Assembly (NCBI RefSeq): GCF_028641065.1
Contig: NC_073394.1
Span: 23,560,001-23,624,000 of the forward strand
Direction: 5' to 3'
Origin: Leucoraja erinacea
Taxonomy: Eukaryota
DNA: 64,000 nucleotides
Below the pieces are notes generated by a model. The model saw only the letters and a list, made by a program, of their open reading frames with translations. It was not told the origin of the DNA and did no database searches. Position numbers and translations under genes: made by a program. This document shows positions 1 through 12,333 of the stretch, in pieces (position 1 is the first letter of the stretch; each line of letters starts with the position of its first letter).

Positions 1-54
1 TGAATACGATCTATGATTTATTTATCATGCAGCACATCGCCTTATGGTCTGATG

Positions 55-87
55 CAAAGATCTTATAGCAGAGCTATAGAATCTTTG
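55..87. mobile_element. 33-bp palindromic micro-MITE (hAT-like)
   Basis: CAAAGATcttatagc-aga-gctatagaATCTTTG flanked by a perfect 8-bp direct repeat GTCTGATG (47-54, 88-95). Confidence 0.7.
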
Positions 88-2494
88 GTCTGATGATCTG
101 CAGTCTCCACAGTCAATTATTGTTAAATTAATTTATCTCCCTCTTGATGTTTAAAATAATGCAATTTTGAATGTTCAGAAGTTTCCTTATTGCAATGATC
201 ACCTGAGCGACGTACCCTGGAAGACAAAGCGATGTAAGTGACAATGTAATAACAAATTTAGGCAACGATAAATGCACCTCGAGTCACTAATAGTGAACTT
301 AATAGCAAAACAGCAATGAATAAAATGACATATGTGAGCACATGTACTACAACAAAGATATCTCAGCAAGCCATTGTTGTATTAAATCTGCTGCTTTAAA
401 ACACTGAATCATAAACACTCAGCATGAAAGGAGGCACAAAATTTATTACAAACAGTTGACCTTACAAAGCAAAAACATAAAAATCAGACATTAGGGAAGT
501 ATCTGTGGGGGGAAAAAAAAGAGTCAATGTTTCAAGGATGGAGGCCCTTCATCGAAACTGTTCAGGTGACAACCCTCCGACCTGAAATATGAGTTTGTTT
601 CAAAAGATTCACAATTTTATTAAAGAAAATTCCACCTTTTTTACATTTTAATTGGGCAACATCTTATCCTGAAGCGTTCCAGATTAGCCCATGAATTGAA
701 ATATATTCTCAGCATTTATCCAACCAAACCCTTCAGAATCCTAAACATTTCAATAAGATAATTTCTCATTCTTCTATCTCCAATGAGTACTGGCCCAACC
801 TGCTTCAACTTTCCTCATAAGATCCCTTCATCTCAGGAAACTTAGTGAACTTTCTCGGAATTGCTTTTAATTTAAACATTTTCCTTTTATAAGGAAACTA
901 AAACTGTGCACTTTTGAAGGCATGGGCTAATTCATATCTTGTACAAATGCTGTAAGCCACTTTTGTACTATGCCAGAGGTCTGCAATTTATTTTTTGTTG
1001 TTGCTTGTTATACTTGTTCGAAAACTGTGCCTCTTGTACAAGAACACGCTCAGCAGCACATAAGCATTGTATAATCACTCTCCATATATTCTATTCCTAA
1101 ACATCACCTATCCGTGCTCTCCAGGGATGCTGCCTGACCTGCTGAGTTACTTCAGTATTTTGCATCTTTCCTCTGCATAGTTCTACATTAACCCAATGCT
1201 TGTGCAGTAGCCTCTATATGTGCCTTGTCAAATGTGATTATGGAAACTGAAATAAATTTATTTACCAGCTGCCTTTATCCACTTTGTTTGTTATATCCAA
1301 TAAATATATCAAATATAATTTCTTAGATAAAACCATGTTTGTTGAGTCTGTTTGATTACATTAATTTTCCAAGTGTTCTGCTATTATTTCTTTGGTAATG
1401 TTTTCTTGTGTTTCCCCAACATGTCAGACTAATTGGTCGAACACATATTGCTCACTGTCTCCTTCCTTTCTTAATTAGGCATGGTGCAATCTGCTTCAAC
1501 CTTTCCAGCTCAAAGATTACAAACAATGCCTTCATTATCTCTGCAGCCATATCCAGGATGCAGGTCACCAGGTTCAAGAGACTTACCGGCCTTTTGTGTC
1601 ATTGGATTCTCAGATCCTTTTCTCAAGAGATGGATTTTTTTTTAAATAGTCCTCTTCCTTTTGCTCTCAGATATTCCACTGTAGATGGAATGCTATAACT
1701 GAAGGCACAAAGAAAATACTTATTCAAAGTCTCTGCTGTTTCCTTTCTTTCCATTAATTCTTAAATCATTTTCTAAAGAACCAACACGTATCTTACCTCC
1801 TCACTTTTTATAGGCTTGTATAAAAGCTTTTAGTATTTTCTTTTCTATTATCTCCTGCTGGGGGTGGATGATCAACACAGTATATAGTACTCTAGCTACA
1901 ACCTAACGAGTACAGAAATTCCAGACTCAACTAGTAAATACTAATAACCCTTCTGTCCGTTTAGCATTTTTGCTTCCTACATATGTTTAACAATCCTACA
2001 CGTTTAAAGGTATGTTTAAAGTGTTACTCCACACATCTCAATTCCTACTAAAATTCTGGGCACTCATTTTGATTCTCTTCCCCTATATCCCTCATTTTTA
2101 ATTGTCTTGAACAAAGGTAATGGATCCCATAACTCACTAACTGCTATTTTGCAAATGAATTTCCAAATTTTTGTGGGCCATGTTTTCAATTCAGGTTGAA
2201 TAATTTTAAAAATATTTGCAAATTGGATTATCAAGGAACCTAGCTTTACTAGATTTGTGAGCATAATATGCAGTTGGATAGGACATAAGTTTGGTCCGAG
2301 GGTACCCACGACTTCAATTCATTGTATGTGATCCTTGTGGAAAGTTAGCTGCAGATGTGTCTCATCTGTAGGTTGTTCCTCTACAAATGCAGCTCTTGAA
2401 AATAAAAAGACAGCAAGGTATCAGGAATCTACATTTTAATGCACAGGAGTGTATTTTGTGTCACTAAAATATACAGATTAACAAGCTACAAAAG

Positions 2495-5161
2495 AAAACA
2501 CGCAACAATTTAATTTTTTTAATTTCACAGTAAACGCACAAGCACAGTACAAAGTCACTGACAAATTGCTTGTCATTAAATTGGTACAACTAAAAAAAAT
2601 ATTTTTTACCATTTTAAAAAAGAAAGCAGAAAACTGTCCCAAGTGAAGAAAGATTGAAATTCTATGTGGAATGCTTTAGTTCTTCCATCATTTCTCCTGC
2701 ATTCCTCTCCTCCCCTCTAGTACTGGCACCAACTGCAGCAGCACCAGGCCAGCAGGTGCCAACCCAGCTGCAAGTCTCAGGATATTCATGGTATTCTCAT
2801 TTCAAACTCTCCAAAATGCAAAGCACGAAAGAAATAAAATCAAAATCTTAATGGTCTAGCCTAATTTAGGGCTTAAAAGAAAAAAACATTCCACACAAAG
2901 CTTGCTGGCAAATTTCAGAAATTCTCACCATTAGTATGTTGCCTATGCAACAAGTCATCAAGGTGTACTTTGAAATAAATCACTTGATTAGTAGCTACGT
3001 TTTCAGCAGTGATTCGTTTGTCTCACTTGCTTTTCCTTCATGGTCTACACTACATTAGTCCTCAGGTAGAAACTTCCTACAAAGCACCTAAACAGCAACT
3101 TGTGTTATCATTCAAGATTACTATCACTGACCTCCATCATGACGCTATTGAAGACATTATTGCACAATATGGTGTTCAGTTTTTTAAGCCTACTTAAAAC
3201 TATTGAAAAGTATGTCACTTTAAAGCTGGATGTGTGCAAACAACAGCTCTTCATAACTGAAAACAATTGGTTTTGGGATTAGAAAAATCCAGCTTGAACC
3301 AAAATGCTGAGGGTTCACCATACTCATTTGTGTTACTAGATGCCATCAATGTGCATTCATTTATTGTACACGAGTGTATCCTGATCTGGTGTGAATGACC
3401 ATTTCTTTTCCAGCGGAGAACGGGCATGACAAAGGCTACAGCAGTCTTCAAGGCTTTAATAACACCAAGTAATTTAGTTAGAAAATTCACAAAAAAGAGT
3501 CCCTGGGATAACCCAACTCTTTAAAAGGCGCAGCCATTGACATTATCAGCTATTGATGAGGGGGGAGCCTATATTATATTGATTGTGAACTAGTGGGGCT
3601 TTCATTTAAGATGATTGTGAGCCAGTTACATTTGTCATTCCAATAGTTCACTAAGGACATCCAGTGGCAAAGAGCAAAATGTATTTCACAAAGATTGCAG
3701 TGGTGTCATAACAATGTTTTATCATTTCTCACCACCCTACTGTGGCAGAACTGTAGCTGGCCCTGCTGCAGTATACCTGACAATGTGCGAATCATAAAGG
3801 CTTAGAAAATTCAATGTCTTCTTACTTCTTGGGAAGGGAAAGATTTGTCTTGCTTACTGCATTATCTGTCACCAAGATTGTTGTCAACACTTGCCCAGTA
3901 ATTCTCAACAACTTATTCTAATCCTTTAAACAAGTTAAACTGTAGGCATTGTCTTTTGTTATTATTTATTATCTATTAAAAATAATAAGTTCAGTAAGAT
4001 TTCCTCTTTTAAAGTAACAGTGATGTGAAGTAACGTTGAGCCCGGCTAAGTGACTGGAGAGGATTTCCAAGAACTAAGCTTGGCACAAAGGAAAACTGCT
4101 CACTAGGAGTGGCTAGAAGTTACTTGAACAATCTGAGATCACTAGCATGCTGTAATTTAGCTTTTAAAAATTCTTCAGGTAACAATAAATTGTAGGGGGT
4201 TCTCTACACATGGTTTTTACTAAAAAAATCTGTATTTTATATTGTAAAAGATACTAAAAAACGTCATTTATTTCTCTTAAATTTACAACCAAAATACTTT
4301 TCCAACTCTACTATCACAAAGAAAAATTAATTCTGTTGGCTGGGTGTGATCCAAGTTGACATCAGGGTGCCTACGGGGTGATCTGGATGATGACAGCACT
4401 GTCTATATACAATTCTTTTTAAAATAGGGTCTTCAACCAGGTCTTGGCACAAAAGGTTTCTTTGTCCTGCACCCCATTCTCTCCAAATACAAAAAAAAAT
4501 TAAAAAAACATTTACTTTTTGACTGGAGCAGGAGCACTGAGGGTCAGTATTCATCTGTGCACTTGCAACATGGAAAATGTTAAAATTCCTGACAGGAACA
4601 TATCATTCTGATTGCTATCGTCAATTAAATCATGAGATACCAGAAGACCTGTTCCAATGTGCCCACAGAAAACAAAACAGATAACATTAATTGTAGGGTT
4701 TTATTCAAGATGATGCATATTACTGAAGACATTATACCCTTAAACGTTTGATCAATGACTCTGAGCAAGTTCAGGCTCAATGCCATCTGTGAGCAATGAA
4801 AATATTGGCATGGTCAATCATGGCAGACTATAAAACATGCAACCTCCTTTTGAAGATGTCCTCCCAGCCAACTGCACCTATAGTAAAAAGATCTGACCAG
4901 CCAGCAACCTTTAAAGAAACTGAGAATGTATAAAATGTTTAATGTAATTGTTGAAAACAGGTTGTTCGACATAATATGTTCCAGAAATCCACTTCCATCT
5001 GGAGAAATTCTTCAAGTTGCAGCTGTGTGTGTACTAATACTTCAGGCACACACCTCTCCCAAGAATTCAGCTCCTTTCTTCACTCGTTTCAAAATGTCTT
5101 CCTGATTTTTTTTTAAATTTTTCTCCTGCTCCAGGATCTGTACAAAGGTGAAAATTCTCCT
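2495..5161 (-). other. cpsf7: Probable terminal 3'UTR exon of cpsf7
   Basis: Donor G|GTACGC lies 1 nt after the stop codon. A long pyrimidine tract plus CTGCAG acceptor ends at 5162. The sequence is repeat-poor and AT-rich. Tandem ATTAAA at 2509-2523 is followed by a GU/U-rich tract. The 3' end is inferred. Confidence 0.6.
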
Positions 5162-5841
5162 CTGCAGATTGATGGCAGGAAGAGAGAGAGGAAGAGGAGA
5201 AAAATAAGAGGTATTAATTTCAGTTTGATGAGACCCACAAGCGTAAGGCTATAGCACTGATACACCTTCCATTAAAATAATCACATTGATCTTCCACTTT
5301 CCTCCATTCTTCGCCTCTTCTCAACCCATTGGCTTGTTATAATGGTTAAACTGGATTAATACTTCTACCACCACGCCGATGTAGTCCTTCTGCATCGGAC
5401 CACAGAGGGAGGTGCGGGAGAAGGTATGTAGAGAGACGCCTACCGTGCCCTCAATTAATGTCAAAGCATTTGCACTTTCCAGCAGGGTCAGTGAATTCTG
5501 AACAAGAACACAAAACTAGTTAATTTTTCTCCTTCTAGTTTGGTTACAGATGTGGCATCCATATTACTAATATTTAAAGCAGAATGGAGCAAACGGTGTG
5601 ATTTCAAGAAGTGTGTCCTTCAGATCTTGCATTAGATTCAAAGTTGAAATAGTTAAAATTTCATCTTTAATTAATACCATCATCCCAACACTTTTTTGGG
5701 AATCTGCTATACAACGAGGCCTCTCTATTTGCTTACACCACAAGAGCCCCTGCATCATACAGAAATTAATTGGGTGCAGAATTAGAAGATAATAGCAATG
5801 TTATTATCACACTTCAACTGTTCTTGTTTACGAAGCGTACC

Positions 5842-6034
5842 TTAGCGGTGCCTATATTCCCTGTCCCGATCTCTTTCTCTGTCACGGTCTCGGTCTCTAT
5901 GCCGATCACGTTCCCTGCTTCTCTCACGATAATAATCTTCATGTCGATCTTCACTGTGAGAGCGCTCCCTGTGCCTGCGGCTCCTGTCGTGGGAACGGCT
6001 GTACTCTCGGTCTCGTGATCGATCTCTTTTTCTG
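5842..6034 (-). CDS. cpsf7: CPSF7 last coding exon (RS/RD/RE domain)
   Basis: TAGCAG tandem acceptor, then [66 protein letters not shown]. The summed CDS of 1512 nt is in frame. Confidence 0.95.
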
Positions 6035-6310
6035 CTAATGCAAATTTAATTAAACCATAATTTCAGCAGCAATGCTTGATTGCGTATTTGAATGTCGATA
6101 CAGTTATAAGAGATACACACAAAGTGCTGGAGTAACTCTGTGGGTCAGGCAGTATCTCTGAACAAAAAGGATGGGGATATTTCGGGTCAGCATGAAGAAG
6201 TGTTCCGACCAGAAATGCCACCCATCCTTTTTCTCCAGAGATGCTGCCTGACCCGCTTAGTTACTCCAGCATTTTGTGTCTATCTTTGGTATAAAACCAG
6301 CATCAGCAGC

Positions 6311-6816
6311 AATTAACTAAAAAAGAAAATATAAATATTTTTTTTGCTTATCCTCCCTACCAAGATATCTCTCCTATCACCCCAATTTAACTGGAAAGGG
6401 AACCCTAGCATACTCCTGACCCAGCCCCATCTCCCTCTCTACTCCATAATTTCCCTCTAGAAAAAAAAAATCCCCCCTCTAAGGCTCATTTTTGTAACAC
6501 CATGTAGAAATTACAGCTGTGTTTATACTCCAGGGTACCGTCCCTCCCCCCAGGCGTTTGTAATTGCTCCCCCCCCCACCCCACCCTCTCTACCCCAAAG
6601 TTGTGCTCAAAGAAGCCCTCCCTACCCCCCTTCTCTGAGCTAACTAATCCCCCCTCCCAGTTGATGACAGAAGAATTCTACTGCCCCTGACCCTCATAAA
6701 CACTCTTCCTAACCCTCCCTCTCTACCACCCCCTTTCCTCTCTACCACCCTCCTTCCTCTCTAACCCCCCCCCCCCGCCTTGGGGGATGGGACCCAACGG
6801 TTCCCATTTGGTCTAG
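6311..6816 (+). mobile_element. Non-autonomous Helitron (C-rich interior)
   Basis: 3' hairpin GGGACCC-aac-GGTTCCC followed by ...GGTCTAG|T; same terminus as the element ending at 30203; 5' boundary approximate. Confidence 0.7.
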
Positions 6817-8048
6817 TAGATTATAAATCCTTGAGTCCCCAGCATCGATCCTATGGCTCCCAAATAGTTATTGACTGCCAGACAGGAGATTACCCATTCG
6901 TCCAAACTCTTTGTTCCTAGTACAGACGTAAATAAATAAATGACGGTCTTTTGTCCCCATGATAATATATTATCTTCCAACACTAGCCTATTTTCCTTGA
7001 TTCCACACACATCCTATGGCGGAACAGGAATCCCAAATCATTATTGAATTTGCCAACAGGACCTACAAATAAACCCCCCTCATCCTACCTGGAACTCTTT
7101 GTTCCTTTCCCATGACCTATATTATCTTCCAACGTGACCGGGCCGAGAAAGAATGAAACCAAGGCGCCTGGGACACTCTTACTCTGGGTGGTAATGTTTT
7201 ATGTGCTACCTATGTACACAGTGGACGGCATGATTGTAATCAGGTATAGATTTTCGCTGACTGGGTAACAAGCAACAAAAAAGCTTTTCACTGTGCCTTG
7301 GTACACGTGACAATAATGGTAAAGTAAACTAAACCATATCACAACATCTAACCTGGAAATGAGTCTCAGATGATGAGAACATTTGACAGAGAACAATAGC
7401 CTTTGGGGATTAATGAAGGTGGAATTAGAATGGGCAAGTGGAATTTTTCTTGAATGGTGGAGTAGGCTCGAAGGGCAGTGTGACCTCATCCTGCTTTTAT
7501 TTCTTATATTGGAACATTGCAATTTTCAACTTTGGTCTATGCACAGTTAGCTCATCTTAGTCTAGTAAAGTTAAATCTGCCAATTACAGTTTGTCTAATA
7601 ATAAAGGTCTAAAGAAGATGGTTAGGACAGGTTTGGTAGGCCAGGTGGGACTAGTGCAGTTGGGACATGTTGGCCAGTGTGGGCAAGTTGGGCCAAAGGG
7701 CCTGTATCCTCACTGTATCATAATATGACTCTGTAAAGAAGGGTCCTCATCTTGAAACATCACCTACCCATGTTCTCCAAGTATGCTGCCTGTCCCACTG
7801 AGTTACTCCAGCATTTTGCATCTTTTTGTGTAAACCAGAACCTGCAGTTCCTTTGTTTCTACTATCTAATGAAAAATTGTTGGGACAATAACTCCTAGGT
7901 ACCATCATATGAGAGTAATCTTCCTACTACCATGACTGATGATAATTTCAACCAAGAAAACTAAGATGCTCAGTATCTGAAGAAGGTTCCCAACCCAAAA
8001 CGTCACCTGTCCAAGTTCTCCAGAGACGCTGCATGACCCACTGAGTTA

Positions 8049-8264
8049 AGGGCCTGTCCCACTTACACGACCTTTTTTACTCGTGGACATTTTTCATCAG
8101 GTTAGTAAAACGCCCCGACCTACTTGATGCCACGAGTACTTACGACTAGCATCACGACCTACCAAAGTCCTAACTACGACCTTGTGACGACCATGCTGCG
8201 AGTATGAGTTAAGGGCAAACTCGGCAGAGGTCGTGAATTAGGTCGTGAAAGTGGGACAGGCCCT
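8049..8264. mobile_element. PIF/Harbinger-type MITE
   Basis: TIRs AGGGCCTGTCCCAC...GTGGGACAGGCCCT with TTA TSD; splits the host repeat motif ctgagtta|ctccagc. Confidence 0.9.
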
Positions 8265-8343
8265 TTACTCCAGCACTTTATGTCTTTTTTTTGTTTGTAA
8301 ATCAGCACCTGCAGTTCCTAGTTTCTACTCAGTTTTTGCATAC

Positions 8344-8497
8344 CTGGATCCTGACCCGTATGATTTGGACTCAATTCCATGGAGACAGTCCTGCAGAGAG
8401 CTGACTAAAACCTTGCAGCGGTCATCTGCTGCAACCTTTGACTGTCTGATCAATGCGATGGCAGTAAGCAACGTCTCGATGGCATTCCCATAGTCTC
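8344..8497 (-). CDS. cpsf7: CPSF7 coding exon 7
   Basis: tgcag|[51 protein letters not shown]|gtatgc; 154 nt. Confidence 0.96.
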
Positions 8498-9198
8498 CTG
8501 CATAACACAAAAGTTGAAAATTGAACCAATTTTTTGAACTCTGCACCAAATCATTCATTAGTAATTCCAAAGTAAAAGCCTGGAGTGATCCAGTGTGTTG
8601 TTTGGCGACATATCCAAAAATCCAATGCAATGTAGTCCTTCTTGAATGTGTTTGATGTAATTCATGATTTGTTACAATTTAAACATTATGGCTCTGGAAT
8701 TATTGGACTAATGTTAGCACTTTTGATGTGTTGATTACTAAAGTGCAAGGCCCAACATCACATTGAAATGGATATAATTAATTAGAATAGAGCGTCCTCA
8801 CTCAATATTCTGCAACTCACAAGGATGATATTATTTGATTCAATTTCTACTACCTGATCACAGTGATAGCATCCTGATCACCATGTTCTCTTCCTGCAGG
8901 GGCAAACACTGCTATACAGTGGGCAGCTTTAATCAATAATAATATTTCAAAATTTCCTTGTTTGTCCTTTCTCATTTCTAGATAGCTTACTTTGTACACA
9001 ATGCATCATTTATTAAAAGTGAGACATCATATTATTTCTGAAAAATGCCCCTGGAAGGATAGGAGCAAAGGGTTAATGTGATATTTATTGAAACAGTTAT
9101 TCTGCACTCCTCTAAGCAAGTATATGTTTTCTGAACTGATGGGCCTTTTAGTGCTGAGAGTTTTGATGCGAAGGTCTGCGTCCTGCAAAATCACTGAC

Positions 9199-9314
9199 CT
9201 GTGCTGGCCCCGGCGACAGCTTTGGAGATGGCGCTACTAGAGATTGCTCGGTTCTTGTTCATCATCTCTTCGAAATCTGCTTCATTTAAAGGAGGACTAC
9301 CGGGATCAGGATCT
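9199..9314 (-). CDS. cpsf7: CPSF7 coding exon 6
   Basis: ttgtag|[38 protein letters not shown]|gtcagt; 116 nt. Confidence 0.96.
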
Positions 9315-10557
9315 CTACAAGGCAAGGACAAAGCACTTCACTATTAACACAGTAATCAAAATAAAGTAACAACATCTCCGATATAATTCTGCACATACTA
9401 TTAATTTAAAATCTTTCTCTATTTATACAACTATTAAACCTCATAGGGGCAAACTGCCATCTAAACATACTCTGAATATAGATGGCAGAGAGATTATCCC
9501 ACACCCAGTGTGTGATGTCATTGCAGTCCAGGCATATGTGCCATTTTACAAGTAAAGTGAAAGAAGAATACCACTTCATTCTAAATCCAAAAGTTGTTTA
9601 TCAATCGTCAGTTCTCTCAATGTCGAAATCACCTTAAAAAATTGAGCTAGGAACAAATATGACCAAATAATTAAATTGAAAGGATGGAGTATAAATACAG
9701 CAAGTCCTGCTGCGATAGAGGAGTGCTTTGGCAAGACCACTGCTAGAGTACTGAATGTAATTTGGGTCTTTAATTCTAAGGAAGGATATCCCTGCCTTGG
9801 AGACGGTGCCTATGCTTCACTTCAGCGACTCCTGGGTTGAAGTGGTTGTCATCACAAATGATTGAGGTCGGTTTATCTATATATATACTGGATTTCAGAA
9901 AAATGGGAGATAATTTCATTGAAGCTACCAAGGTTCTGAGCAACTGAGACACTGTTTCCTCAGGCTGAACAGCCCAGAACTAGGAGCATAGGTTCAGGAT
10001 AAGGAATATGTCATTTAGAGACAAGGTGAAATTTCTGACCTGGCACTTGTTGAGTTGATTTTTTATCACTGAAGAAATCAAGGGATAATTGCTGGACAGT
10101 ACATAGATGAGGTGCAGAATGGTTTGTGCGATGGTCTTGGCTGCAGCCATAATTCTCTGCAATTTCTTCCGGTCTTGGATGGAGCTGTTCCCAAACGAAG
10201 CTGTGAGACATCCTGATAAAATGGGTATTTTATGGCTATTCACTTTATCTATGTCGTTTATGGATCTTAGAAATGTTTATAGGGTCACCTCTCGGCCTTC
10301 TATGCTCCAGGAACAAAAAAAGCCACTCTATCCATCCTCAAACCCTCCAAACATTTTTTTTAAAAGAGGGAATTAAAATCAGTGCACTCAGTTATGTCAT
10401 CAACAACAAAATTTAGTGTTACAACTTTTCCTCAGATGAGCTCTTGGCTGAACATATCTAACATCCAAACAATCCAACTGGCAATGGATGGAAATCAGAA
10501 GCTCCAACAATCAGAAGTCCCACTTACAGTGATGAATCAGCTCAGATCTATGTTCTT

Positions 10558-11682
10558 CCTGAGCCGCGGAACGGGGGGGGGGTGGGTGGGAGGGGGTGCT
10601 GCAGCCCCCCCCCCCCCCCCCCCACTTTTTTGGCTAGACATGTTTCAATGTCTCCGGCTTTGTTCGAGGCGCTGCTGTGCTCTGAGCAACCTAGTCGTGG
10701 GTGCTGGAGAGAGGGATGGAAGCAGACGTAGCAGCGGGGGCAGATGCAGATGCAGGCAGGAGTCGGGGCTGGCGAGATTTGCTGGCGAGTGTTTGCCGGG
10801 CTGGCGATTCTGGAGCAGCCTCAGTACAAGAGTCCCGGCCTGTCGGAAGCGTTGCGCCACTGCCGTGAAAATCTCTGTGCTGCATTCGCCCTGGAGACCG
10901 GCATGGACCAGGCTGCGGCTCGGTGCATCCTGGAGGACAACCAGTGGCTGCTGGAGGTAGGTACCAAACACTGGGTAGAAGCGATGGAAGTTACTGGCCT
11001 TCAAATGGGGGTGGTTGGAGAAAGCATCCTGCTTGCCTGCTAGATTTTCATTCTTACTGTAACTGCAGGAAAAATGTTCCCGATGTTGTGGAGTCCAGAA
11101 CCAGGGGTCACAGTATAAGAATAAGGGGTAGGCAAACATAACCACAGGCAAACATAATTACAAACATAATTTGTATGACTTTGCAACATCAGGAAATGTT
11201 ATGATTATTTCTTGTCCCTTTTTCCAACTCCAAAATAGCACTTGAAATGATAACACATTTAAAGGTTTTTTTTGGTCCAATTTTCTGTACCATGGAAGGC
11301 ACTGTCGTCGATCCGGGGTGGGGGGGGAGATGGGGGATATATCCCCCCACTTTGAGGTGGGGGATGGCCTGTATTATTATCCCCCAGTTTTTGGAGGCCG
11401 AGCAATAACGAATAATAATAATAATCGCCTGCTCCTATCTCTCATGTAGGCCCTACATTATCTTAAAAATACTTCAAACAAAAAAACATTGAAATCATTC
11501 TTTTACAATGCAGTAAAACATAATTTTAATACATCAAATTTCAAAAAGTTCCTACCGTGGGATGAGTGCCCCTCTCCCACCACTCGGTCACTCCACTCCC
11601 TCGCCAGGTACCCCCAAGGCCAGTGATCAGTGATCGCTCAGCCCCCCCCCCCCCCCGACTTTCAAAAACACTGGAGCCCCTG
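10558..11682. mobile_element. Composite non-autonomous DNA element(s) enclosing the TDP2-like fragment
   Basis: Both ends carry CAGCCCCCCC...ACTTT G/C-run motifs, and TGTTCTT occurs at both flanks (10551-10557, 11681-11687). TIRs are degenerate. A second terminus-like G/C-run at about 11300 suggests nesting. Confidence 0.5.
10744..10956 (+). pseudogene. Orphan TDP2 exon-1-like fragment (UBA-like domain)
   Basis: RENLCAAFALETGMDQAAARCILEDNQWLLE aligns without gaps to the TDP2 N-terminal UBA-like segment (RRLLCVEFASVASCDAAVAQCFLAENDWEME, from memory). It ends at GAG|GTAGGT. No further TDP2 exons are seen. Confidence 0.65.
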
Positions 11683-11798
11683 TTCTTGATTCATACCATT
11701 TCAATACATTCAGTCATATATTTAGAAAATTAAATAAAAAGAACATTAGAGGCTCATGAAGGTGAAGTACAGGTGACCTTTCATTACTCTGTTCCTAC

Positions 11799-12333
11799 CT
11801 GCCACGCTTGAATTCCTCTCTGTTGAACTGATTTGGTGGTGGTCTTCCAAAGGCATCAGGTGGTGGTGGAGGGAGCCCTCTGTTATCCACCGGTGGAGGC
11901 AGGCCGGCATTTGGTGGTATAAAGAATGCTGGGTTGATGTGGGGAGCAGGTGGGACGGCACCTGGAGGAGGCACGACTAGATGGGGAGGCATACCGGGTG
12001 GCAATGGTGGTACAATGGATCCAGGAGGGCCAGGTCGACCCATGAACGTGCCATGTAGTGGCATGTGCCCCGGCTGCATGTGAAGTGGTGGCCCGTATCC
12101 AGAGTTGAGAGGAAGTGGCATAGGAGGGGGGAGGAGGCCTGGGGGTGGAAGTCCATGTGGGATATCACCATAAGGAGACCGCCCTGACATGTGGAAGGCA
12201 AGTGGTAACTTATCCCTCCTGGGTGGAGCAACTGCATTTTCAGCAGGTGATGGCCCTCTCCGGGGCAATGGGGAATCGCGGTGGTCGGGAGAATTTATTG
12301 AGTCATGTGACTGGCTTCTCTGCGGATTTTGTC
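11799..12333 (-). CDS. cpsf7: CPSF7 coding exon 5 (proline-rich region)
   Basis: ttttgtag|(R)QNPQRSQSHDS...PPHLVVPPPGAVPPAPHINPAFFIPPN...EFKRG|gtagga; 535 nt; PHxNPAFF motif typical of CPSF6/7. Confidence 0.93.

Noticed and set aside
10382-11151. Long ORFs of 192 aa (+) and 168 aa (-)
   Set aside because: They are alternative frames across a GC-rich element and homopolymer runs. Only the 10744 frame has recognisable homology.
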